Under the pieces are notes generated by a model. It did not search any database. It was not told the origin of the DNA and worked only from the letters and a program-made list of their open reading frames with translations. From a virus, in the IMG/VR virus record IMGVR_UViG_3300045988_028822, positions 1-39,872 of that record: DNA of 39,872 nucleotides; one strand, given 5' to 3'. This document shows positions 1 through 6,649 of the stretch, piece by piece. The position numbers and the translations under genes were made by a program. Position 1 is the first letter of the stretch. The number at the start of each line of letters is the position of its first letter.

Positions 1-119
1 ATGGAACGACTGACTTATTTCAAAGACGGATACTGGCGGGTAAATTTCAGCGGAGTGCAGTACCAGGCGGATTTTGTTGATCGACTTGCGGCCTACGAGG
101 ACATTGCCGAGTTGTGCGG
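1..119 (+). repeat. Terminal direct repeat, copy 1 (identical to 39754..39872)
   Basis: Read directly: ATGGAACGACTGACTTATTTCAAAGAC...GAGTTGTGCGG occurs at both ends of the window. Confidence 0.95.
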
Positions 120-417
120 CGGGTTTGACCGCCTCCGCGAGCTTGCCGAGGCCGACAAGGACGGGCGCGTGGTGGTGCTGCCGTGCAAGGTGGGCGATAC
201 GGTGTGGGCGAATCTTGACGGGATGCGGCACACCCGCAAATGCGTGATAGAATTTGCAAACATTGGAAGCCGCGTTACGACCATTGTATTCTCCGCAGTA
301 GATGGATTAAGAGAACAGTACGGAGTCAATCCTAGCTCATTTGGCAAGACCGTATTTTTGAGCCGCGAAGAAGCCGAGAAGGCTTTGCAGGAAATGGAGG
401 GCAAGAAGGATGGCTGA
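1..417 (+). CDS. Hypothetical phage protein (138 aa)
   Basis: ORF from the track. Its start overlaps the stop of the ASCH gene at the circular junction (39754 = nt 1), and the downstream gene overlaps its end. No diagnostic motif. Confidence 0.6.
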   Translation: MERLTYFKDGYWRVNFSGVQYQADFVDRLAAYEDIAELCGGFDRLRELAEADKDGRVVVLPCKVGDTVWANLDGMRHTRKCVIEFANIGSRVTTIVFSAVDGLREQYGVNPSSFGKTVFLSREEAEKALQEMEGKKDG

Positions 418-691
418 ACTGAAACCGTGCCCGTTCTGTGGCGGTAAAGTTAGCATTGTTCTGTGCGATGACGAAGGGAATCTACATGATGAGGCATATA
501 GAGAACATCCCTATAGTGGACTTGGCTTTATGCTTCACCACGCTCATGAGGAAAATCCGGGATGCCCGATTGCAAGCTATGAGTGCGATGGCGGGATTTT
601 AGGTGGTGTGTATATTTATGACATAGAAGAACAAGCCACTGAAGCATGGAACAAGAGGGATGAAAATTATGATGAAGGTGCATTTTGGTAA
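410..691 (+). CDS. Lar-family-like restriction-alleviation Zn-ribbon protein (93 aa)
   Basis: N-terminal MAELKPCPFCGG and C-terminal EEQATEAWNKR resemble Lar-family proteins as I remember them. It has a longer central insert. Confidence 0.5.
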   Translation: MAELKPCPFCGGKVSIVLCDDEGNLHDEAYREHPYSGLGFMLHHAHEENPGCPIASYECDGGILGGVYIYDIEEQATEAWNKRDENYDEGAFW

Positions 692-741
692 TACGGCAAG
701 TTGATATGCGTCAACTATTGAGGCATGGAACAGGAGGGTAA

Positions 742-1050
742 ATGATGGATGATTATATCCGGCGCGAGGATGCACTATTTGCGTTACGGAAAGCCGAACG
801 CGGTGGAAGCATGACGGCACTAACACGGTTGGAACGCGCATATGCCGAAATTCGGGAAATGCCCGCCGCCGACGTTGCGGAGGTTGTGCATGGGCGGTGG
901 ATTAAAGAAGATTTTCTTTCCGATGATGTAAACAACGCTGAAAAATGTAGTCAGTGCGGCGAACTGATTGGATGGTTCGGGAATCTGCCGAACTACTGCC
1001 CCAACTGCGGGGCGAAGATGGATGGAGGTGAAGATTGTGCGGTTAGTTGA
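742..1050 (+). CDS. Zn-ribbon protein (102 aa), paralogue of the next gene
   Basis: GGAGGG RBS upstream. Motifs VVHGRWI and CSQCG...YCPNCGAKMDGG. Confidence 0.6.
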   Translation: MMDDYIRREDALFALRKAERGGSMTALTRLERAYAEIREMPAADVAEVVHGRWIKEDFLSDDVNNAEKCSQCGELIGWFGNLPNYCPNCGAKMDGGEDCAVS

Positions 1051-1300
1051 TTTAGATGCAGTAATTGATTGTATCGAAATGGAGTGGGGATACGAGGGGA
1101 TACGTGAGGACTTATACAGTCTGCCAGTCGTAGACGCTGTGCCGGTGGTTCACGCGAAGTGGATTCCGTTCCATAGCGAAGCGGCAGGAGATATCCAGTA
1201 TTGCTCGGCGTGCGACATTGGATTTGACGCGCGAATGGATTACTGCCCGCACTGCGGGGCACGCATGGACGGCTGGATGGAGGACGCAGACAATGGGTGA
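1022..1300 (+). CDS. Zn-ribbon protein (about 92 aa), paralogue of 742..1050
   Basis: Internal ATG at 1022 of track ORF 968..1300. Motifs VVHAKWI and CSACD...YCPHCGARMDGW mirror the upstream gene. The start is uncertain (GTG at 1028 or 1037 is possible). Confidence 0.5.
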   Translation: MEVKIVRLVDLDAVIDCIEMEWGYEGIREDLYSLPVVDAVPVVHAKWIPFHSEAAGDIQYCSACDIGFDARMDYCPHCGARMDGWMEDADNG

Positions 1301-1589
1301 TTTTGAGCAGATGCTGAACGATCTGTGCAAGATGAGCAAAGCGCAGCTTGTGCAAATGGTGAAAAACACGGACGAGGTGGAAATCGCTCTGAACATTTTC
1401 AAAAACGTGATGAAAGAAGATTACGCTAGGGTGCTTCGCTGCAAGGACTGCAAGCACTACAGAAACCAGCCGAACGGGCTGTGCTATCTGCACACAGAAC
1501 CAAAGGAGAACGAGCGCGGTTATTCCGGCGAGGCGGTTTGCGTAGAACCGGACGATTTTTGCAGCTACGGAGAACGGAGGGAAGAATGA
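1293..1589 (+). CDS. Small Cys-rich protein (98 aa)
   Basis: ATG at 1293 overlaps the upstream stop (ATGGGTGA). Motifs CKDCKHY...C...C...C. Confidence 0.5.
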   Translation: MGDFEQMLNDLCKMSKAQLVQMVKNTDEVEIALNIFKNVMKEDYARVLRCKDCKHYRNQPNGLCYLHTEPKENERGYSGEAVCVEPDDFCSYGERREE

Positions 1590-1783
1590 AAAACTTGAAT
1601 GGTGTTAGCTGCCTGACTTGCAAGCATCTGGAGTATAGAAAGAACTACGTTTACCCGTACCGGTGCTTGAAGCACAAGGCGGAACGGTTTTCTGAACAAG
1701 AACTGGAACGGATGTGCTTTTCCGGCGAGAAATGCGGAGATTTTGAAGAAAGGAGATTTGAATGTTTGGAAGAGCAAAATTGA
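1586..1783 (+). CDS. Small Cys-rich protein (65 aa)
   Basis: ATG at 1586 overlaps the upstream stop. CLTCKH motif. Internal start of track ORF 1481..1783. Confidence 0.5.
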   Translation: MKNLNGVSCLTCKHLEYRKNYVYPYRCLKHKAERFSEQELERMCFSGEKCGDFEERRFECLEEQN

Positions 1784-1965
1784 AAGCCGAAATTGTGCGG
1801 CTACAATACCGTGTGGCTGAACTTGAAGAAAGGTTATGCCCGTGTGAGGAACACGATTGGAAAGAGATTGGGTATAAATTGTCCTTCGGCGATTTTGACG
1901 TTTCGCGGATATGTACCTATAAATGCAGGCAATGCGGAAAAATCGTCACAAGAGATGAGGATTAG
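1762..1965 (+). CDS. Small coiled-coil/Zn-finger protein (67 aa)
   Basis: Track ORF. Motifs CPCEEH ... CRQCGK. Confidence 0.5.
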   Translation: MFGRAKLKAEIVRLQYRVAELEERLCPCEEHDWKEIGYKLSFGDFDVSRICTYKCRQCGKIVTRDED

Positions 1966-1968
1966 AGG

Positions 1969-2571
1969 ATGAACACACACATTACAAACATCAAGGGAGA
2001 CTGGCAGGAAGTCGTGGACACCTGCCGCGCCACCTCCGGCAAAGGTCCTCTTGGGCATGAGCCGAGCGAGGATTTTAAGCGCCGAATTCTGATTGCCGAA
2101 CACTCGCCGATTCGGCGGATCTCGGTATCGTGGGTTTGGCAAGGCATTAAGAGCTGGATTGCGACGCACTGGTCAAGGCACAAATGGGAGTGCTTTATCT
2201 CTACGCAGAGAACCGACCGAACCGGAACGCCGAGGGACAAGCTGCCGCAGGACGCGCCGGTGATCTTCGAGGGAGAAGCGAACGTACAAGCTTTGATTGA
2301 CTCCATGCGCAAGCGGTTATGCAGGCAGGCAGCCCCGGAGACGCGCGAGTATGCCGAGGATTTCAAAGCGGCGCTGCATGAGGTACAGCCGGAGATCTCG
2401 GACGTTCTGGTACCTAACTGCGTTTATCGGTGCGGCTGCCCGGAAATGCAGACGTGCGGGATGTACGAATGGTGGCTGAAGTTTCACCCGGACATTGCAA
2501 GCACGGACATTCAGAAGCGGTATAACACTTACAACGAACTGTTTTGGAAAGTGAGGGCGAAGCGTGAATAG
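1969..2571 (+). CDS. Divergent ThyX-like (flavin-dependent thymidylate synthase fold) protein, 200 aa
   Basis: EHSPIRRISVSWVWQGIKSWIATHWSRHKWECFISTQR aligns by eye with the ThyX block HETPFEH..F.F.V....V..QW.RHR..S....S.RY. Here RHR is RHK and the first Ser is Cys. Confidence 0.45.
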   Translation: MNTHITNIKGDWQEVVDTCRATSGKGPLGHEPSEDFKRRILIAEHSPIRRISVSWVWQGIKSWIATHWSRHKWECFISTQRTDRTGTPRDKLPQDAPVIFEGEANVQALIDSMRKRLCRQAAPETREYAEDFKAALHEVQPEISDVLVPNCVYRCGCPEMQTCGMYEWWLKFHPDIASTDIQKRYNTYNELFWKVRAKRE

Positions 2572-2791
2572 AACGGAAACAAGATCCTTTTTGGCTAGGA
2601 CTCTCCAAGAGATGGCGAAGTTTGCAGGAAGCGGAGAAAAGACATTTGCAGAAATGACAACCGCCACAATTACACTGCTGCACGGAGAAGTAAGGTCGCT
2701 TAGTAAAGATGTAGATATACTGCGCCGAGAGATCCGGGAATTGGAGGAAAAAATAAAGGGTGGTTCAAATGGGAACGATTCTGGCGATTGA
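2564..2791 (+). CDS. Hypothetical coiled-coil protein (75 aa, GTG start; ATG at 2612 also possible)
   Basis: Track ORF that fills the gap between neighbours. No motif. Confidence 0.4.
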   Translation: MNRTETRSFLARTLQEMAKFAGSGEKTFAEMTTATITLLHGEVRSLSKDVDILRREIRELEEKIKGGSNGNDSGD

Positions 2792-3269
2792 TCCCGGCAA
2801 CATTCAATCCGGCTATGTGCTGGTGGAGCACGACGGGCAGGAAATCCGGAAGGTGCTGGACGTTGGGAAAGTTCCGAACGGGGAGATATTCCCCGTTCTC
2901 TGCCGAGAGTATCAGCATCTGGCAATCGAAATGGTTGCCGGAATGGGAATGCCAGTCGGTCAGGAGGTGTTCGACACCTGCTTCTGGATTGGGCGGTTCT
3001 GGGAGTACGCCGAGCTTTACCGGCAGGGGTACCAGATACAGAAGATCTTCCGCCGGGAAGAAAAGCTTTACCTTTGCGGCAGAGCGTCGGCGAAGGATGC
3101 GAACATCAGGCAAGCCCTCGTCGACCGCTATGCGCCCGGTCAGCCGAATTATGGGAAAGGAACAAAGAAGAACCCAGGTTTCTTTTACGGGTTCGCAGCC
3201 GACATGTGGGCGGCTATGGCGGTAGCAACAACGTATTTTGACAAGTACATAAGGGGGGTTAAACTGTGA
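2769..3269 (+). CDS. RuvC-like Holliday junction resolvase (166 aa)
   Basis: N-terminal ILAIDPGNIQSGYV (RuvC-type first acidic motif) and later AIEMV. The position in the nin-like region is typical. Confidence 0.7.
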   Translation: MGTILAIDPGNIQSGYVLVEHDGQEIRKVLDVGKVPNGEIFPVLCREYQHLAIEMVAGMGMPVGQEVFDTCFWIGRFWEYAELYRQGYQIQKIFRREEKLYLCGRASAKDANIRQALVDRYAPGQPNYGKGTKKNPGFFYGFAADMWAAMAVATTYFDKYIRGVKL

Positions 3270-3400
3270 AAGATTTCCTTGTGATCTTCTTCGCCACGGT
3301 GCTGGTTATTGCCGTGAGCATGCTTTGCTACAAGATCTGGTTTGACTGGATAGTAGGGCTTGACGCGCCGGGCTGGTTTAAATTTATGCTGATTGCGTAG
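3266..3400 (+). CDS. Small membrane protein (44 aa), not in the ORF track
   Basis: The GTG at 3266 overlaps the upstream TGA (GTGA). Translation VKDFLVIFFATVLVIAVSMLCYKIWFDWIVGLDAPGWFKFMLIA has one clear TM helix. Confidence 0.35.
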   Translation: MKDFLVIFFATVLVIAVSMLCYKIWFDWIVGLDAPGWFKFMLIA

Positions 3401-3408
3401 GAGGGAAT

Positions 3409-3741
3409 ATGAGTACAATGAACGATCTGGCGAAGCGGATCAGAAGCAGCAACGCGGCATACCTGAACGCAGGAATGGAAGCGGGGATGCAGAAAGCGAT
3501 CGATCTGCTATTCGTTGCGGCGTATGAACTCGGGATGCTCAAAAGCCCATCGAAGGCAAATCAGTTGTTGCAGAAAATGCAAGAACTCGAGAAGGAATAC
3601 GGCGTGGCATGGCAGGGAAAGCCAGAATCTGACGATGCCATTCACAGAATCGACTCGAGCCTTAAGAAGCTCTGCGGGGCGTTCTTTCAGCCGTTTTTCG
3701 AACGGAACGATACGATTAAAGATTGGTGGGTGAAGGAATGA
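3409..3741 (+). CDS. Hypothetical protein (110 aa)
   Basis: Track ORF with GGAGGGA RBS upstream. Confidence 0.55.
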   Translation: MSTMNDLAKRIRSSNAAYLNAGMEAGMQKAIDLLFVAAYELGMLKSPSKANQLLQKMQELEKEYGVAWQGKPESDDAIHRIDSSLKKLCGAFFQPFFERNDTIKDWWVKE

Positions 3742-3958
3742 AAGGAGGAAGCGCAAGTACAAAGACGCGGAGGACTGGCGCAGCATTGCGCCGGAGAGAT
3801 GGCACGAGGCGCTTTTAAGGCATGTCCTCGCGATTTGGGAAGACCCAACGCACATTGACGAGGAATCCGGGCTGCCGTCTATTTGGCACGTGATGACAAA
3901 CGGGGCGTTTCTGTGTGCGTGTCTGAAAGACATTTTGGAGGAAAAACGGAATGTATAA
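3734..3958 (+). pseudogene. Start-less ORF resembling the C-terminal two thirds of a DUF5664 / dATP-dGTP diphosphohydrolase N-terminal-type domain
   Basis: Open frame RNERRKRKYKDAEDWRSIAPERWHEALLRHVLAIWEDPTHIDEESGLPSIWHVMTNGAFL... has no ATG/GTG/TTG until near its end. Its stop overlaps the next gene's start (ATGTATAA). Confidence 0.3.
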
Positions 3959-4208
3959 ACGCGGAGACGGAGCAAGAACCATAATCATAAGCATGCAAAA
4001 AAGCCTTCGCGCGCAGCGCGAAAAGTCCGGCCTGACATACGGGCAGATCGAGCAAAAGACGGGCATTGACGAAAGGCTTCTTGGCGCGCTGGAAGGGCGT
4101 GTGCAGCTTGTCGGGCTGGATGGGTATCCGTTGCCGGATGTCCCTATGCTGTGTGAGCTTGCGGACGCTTACGGCGTGACACTTGACGAGCTTGTCGGAA
4201 GAGCATAA
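3951..4208 (+). CDS. XRE-family HTH protein (85 aa; the start may be ATG 3993)
   Basis: LRAQREKSGLTYGQIEQKTGIDERLLGALEG is a typical HTH_XRE pattern. It is the last gene of the plus-strand early block, just before a terminator. Confidence 0.7.
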   Translation: MYKRGDGARTIIISMQKSLRAQREKSGLTYGQIEQKTGIDERLLGALEGRVQLVGLDGYPLPDVPMLCELADAYGVTLDELVGRA

Positions 4209-4213
4209 AGCAA

Positions 4214-4248
4214 AAGCTGCATCCAAAACGGGTGCAGCTTCTCTTTTA
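4214..4248. terminator. Bidirectional intrinsic terminator
   Basis: AAGCTGCA (4214-4221) pairs with TGCAGCTT (4233-4240). An A-run lies upstream and CTCTTTTATT downstream, between convergent genes. Confidence 0.6.
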
Positions 4249-4698
4249 TTCCCACGAGCGGCGGGCGATGTCTTCTTCGTAAGGGATGCCGGGGCGTTGG
4301 CGGCGTAACTCTGCGGCTCTGGCAAAGGCTTTTCGGCGGTCTTTGCCTGGGAAGACTTCGCGTAAGTCCTGCGTTTTCGTGCCGTCGGAAAGCGTCTTTG
4401 TCAGTGTGATAACGTACTCGATATGGCCTTTCCAGTGCGGGACGCGCTCGAGCTTCAAAAGGTACGTATAAGGCAGGGTTTCCAGTTCGGCATACCGGGC
4501 GGCAAGCGCCCGGCGGTAGTCCTTGAGATCGTCTATAAGCTTCTCTAGCCGTTTGATGTCTTGCGATATGGTCTTATCCCGGTACGCGACTTCGTCGGGC
4601 GTGGTGAGCTTCTGGGGGGCTTGCGCGAAGATGTGGACGCGGGTTTCGGCTTGCGGCTGTTCGTGGCCGTATTGGTTTAAAAGATCGTGGTAGCTCAT
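4246..4698 (-). CDS. Hypothetical protein (150 aa), second gene of the minus-strand cassette
   Basis: Track ORF with a GGAGG-type RBS (reverse complement of CCTCC at about 4706-4712). No recognisable motif. Confidence 0.6.
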   Translation of the reverse strand: MSYHDLLNQYGHEQPQAETRVHIFAQAPQKLTTPDEVAYRDKTISQDIKRLEKLIDDLKDYRRALAARYAELETLPYTYLLKLERVPHWKGHIEYVITLTKTLSDGTKTQDLREVFPGKDRRKAFARAAELRRQRPGIPYEEDIARRSWE

Positions 4699-4722
4699 GT
4701 TGGAACCTCCAAAGGGGACGGC

Positions 4723-5220
4723 TTACGCCGTCGCCCCGATCTTTTCGTATTTGGTGGACTCGCCGGAAGCGGTGTAGACCTGAGAGCCGTATTTTCGGCG
4801 GATGTCGGACATGGTGGAGTTGCCGCGCCGCCAGTGCTTGCCGGGCTCTTCGTGGTGCCAGTACCAGAGCTTCTTATTATTGCTCCAGCGGCAGCCAGCA
4901 GCTTTCAGGCCGTCTTTGTTCTCGCGGGTGTTGCCGCCGATCCAGAGCCAGGAGCCGCAAAGCTCGATCTCCAAGCCGCCCATGCGGACAAGTGCATTGA
5001 TGATCTCGATGAACTCGGCGGGGGTCTCGGTCGTCTGGTGGTATTCGTCGGCGCTCGCGTTGTGCTGCTTCTTTAAGATCTCGTGCAGCGTCTCATACTC
5101 GGAGTTGATCGCCTTCATGGTCTCGACGTCTCCGCCCCGGTCGGGATGGTTCACAAAGGCAAGGCGGCGATATTCTTTCTTGAGTTCGTCCAGCGTGTGA
5201 ATGTTGGTGAAGTATGTCAT
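4723..5220 (-). CDS. J-domain (DnaJ-like) protein (165 aa)
   Basis: LDELKKEYRRLAFVNHPDRGGDVETMKAINSEYETL contains the HPD tripeptide in J-domain context. The C-terminal region LEIELCGSWLWIGGNT...KKLWYWH is of unknown function. Confidence 0.75.
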   Translation of the reverse strand: MTYFTNIHTLDELKKEYRRLAFVNHPDRGGDVETMKAINSEYETLHEILKKQHNASADEYHQTTETPAEFIEIINALVRMGGLEIELCGSWLWIGGNTRENKDGLKAAGCRWSNNKKLWYWHHEEPGKHWRRGNSTMSDIRRKYGSQVYTASGESTKYEKIGATA

Positions 5221-5277
5221 GTCGTTTCCTCCTCGGCGGTGCCGTTTTCGTTCCGTTTTGATGGCTCAATAATACAC

Positions 5278-5356
5278 GTTAACGGTTATATCGTCAAGAG
5301 GCAGGTTGCACAAAAGTTAACGGTTATTTCTGGTGAATTTTATACGTTGACGGTTA
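5278..5356. promoter_or_regulatory. Three direct operator-like repeats GTT(A/G)ACGGTTA
   Basis: Copies at 5278-5288, 5316-5326 and 5346-5356, in the divergent region between the J-domain cassette and the RHH gene. Confidence 0.45.
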
Positions 5357-5376
5357 AGCGGTGCAAGTGGTATAAT
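5347..5376 (+). promoter_or_regulatory. Sigma70-like promoter for the RHH gene
   Basis: TTGACG (5347-5352), 18-nt spacer, TGgTATAAT extended -10 (TATAAT at 5371-5376). The -35 overlaps operator copy 3. Confidence 0.5.
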
Positions 5377-5398
5377 TGCACGGAAACGAGGTGGAACT

Positions 5399-5584
5399 AT
5401 GGCAGTCAGCGACGCACACAAGAGAGCCTCGGCGAAATGGAACGCCAGCCGGGACAATATTATGATTCGCCCGGAGAAGGAAGAGGGGCAGAAGATCAGA
5501 GACGCAGCCGCCAAAGCTGGGCAGAGCGTCCAGGCGTTCATATTGGACGCGGTAAGAATGAGAATAAAGGATAAGACATGTTAG
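5399..5584 (+). CDS. Ribbon-helix-helix (Arc/CopG-like) DNA-binding protein (61 aa)
   Basis: Pattern KRASAKWNASRDNIMIRPEKEEGQKIRDAAAKAGQSVQAFILDAV (beta strand followed by two helices). GAGGTGG RBS. Confidence 0.55.
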   Translation: MAVSDAHKRASAKWNASRDNIMIRPEKEEGQKIRDAAAKAGQSVQAFILDAVRMRIKDKTC

Positions 5585-5659
5585 GCGAAAAGGATTTGCA
5601 AGCGCGGGTCGATGCCATCGAAAAACGGCTTGCTTAATCTCCAACAGAATAGACAATAG

Positions 5660-5695
5660 CCCCGTACAAGGTCGTCTTGTGCGGGGTATTTCTTT
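5660..5695 (+). terminator. Intrinsic terminator
   Basis: CCCCGTACAAG (5660-5670) pairs with CTTGTGCGGGG (5676-5686), followed by TATTTCTTT. Confidence 0.65.
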
Positions 5696-5989
5696 ACCTG
5701 ATTGATAGCATTATTTGCAATGTACTGGCATTATTGTTTGCATAAAATGCGCATCCTCTGACAATGCCAGATGCTTGCACTCATTCAGTGCAAAAGCAGG
5801 CTGAGACCATAGCTGGTAAATACAGGAGAATCTTGTCAAGCCCCTGCGCCCACTATTTTATAAAATTTTTTCAAATCACGGTTTGGCCTGTATTTCCAAC
5901 GCTTTTTGTCCGAAAAAATCAATAATTTTACGAAGTGATAAACGGCCTTTTATTTATGGTCAAAAAAACTGTGATATATATACATCTGG

Positions 5990-6046
5990 GGAGATTCAAA
6001 CGGGAAATTCGGAAACGAAGTTTCCGATTTCCCTTATTGAATCTCC
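5990..6046. repeat. 57-nt near-perfect palindrome upstream of terS
   Basis: GGAGATTCAA-ac-GGGAAAT-TCGGAAAC-gaa-GTTTCCGA-TTTCCC-tta-TTGAATCTCC, read directly. Confidence 0.6.
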
Positions 6047-6107
6047 ACGCAAAGAGATTTTTCGGGCACATAGGTTTTGCGGCGAAATGTTCGGGAGGTG
6101 GGTTTAT

Positions 6108-6506
6108 ATGGCTGGCAAAGCAGTGTTTCCGCTGTCTTACAAGCAGACAGTGACGGCGATCAACGAGTACAAACATAAGGTCGAGACCGGCGAGTATCCA
6201 AAAGCAGATTGGTGGCATTTCTGCGGCACAATCGGCATGGACGCCGAGAGCGTGTCAAAGGCGATCAAAGATCCGCCGGCCAATAAAATGGACGTGGCGC
6301 GCGAGCTAAAAAAGTTTGCTACCTGGATTCGCGGGCAGTACAACACCGCTCCGGGCTGGTCCGGCCCGAACTCGTCAAAGAGCATCTTTGCCAATAAGCA
6401 GGACTTTGACGGCTGCAAGATGATCGATAAGGCCGAGGACGGCAAAAGCTCGGGTGAGCTGACGATCAATATTGAGTTCGGCGGGTCCAAAACGGCTTTC
6501 AAGTAG
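6108..6506 (+). CDS. terS: Putative terminase small subunit (132 aa)
   Basis: ATG at 6108 follows a GGGAGGTGG RBS. It is the nearest plus-strand gene upstream of terL. The C-terminal ...SKSIFANKQDFDG is reminiscent of TerS proteins. Confidence 0.5.
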   Translation: MAGKAVFPLSYKQTVTAINEYKHKVETGEYPKADWWHFCGTIGMDAESVSKAIKDPPANKMDVARELKKFATWIRGQYNTAPGWSGPNSSKSIFANKQDFDGCKMIDKAEDGKSSGELTINIEFGGSKTAFK

Positions 6507-6649
6507 TCAACGCCACCAAATATCTATTTTGTTGCGTTCGTTTTTCGCAAATAGTTAGGAGCATGCTGAGTTTGTAGGTAAATACGCAACTTTATGCTAT
6601 GTAGTAGACATAGTTATATTACTGTCAACTATCATTCGGCATAATGACG

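Noticed and set aside
3725-3745. Programmed +1 frameshift joining 3409..3741 to the start-less ORF
   Set aside because: The junction (GTG AAG GAA TGA AAG) has no recognisable slippery or prfB-like motif. It cannot be excluded without data, so it is reported only as an alternative within the finding.
5399-5640. Type II toxin-antitoxin pair headed by the RHH protein
   Set aside because: Only a 19-codon ORF (5578-5637) follows before a strong terminator, so there is no toxin-sized partner.
5883-6107. N-terminal extension of terS (track ORF 5883..6506, 207 aa)
   Set aside because: The extension lies in AT-rich, palindrome-containing leader sequence with atypical composition. The ATG at 6108 has a strong GGGAGGTGG RBS.
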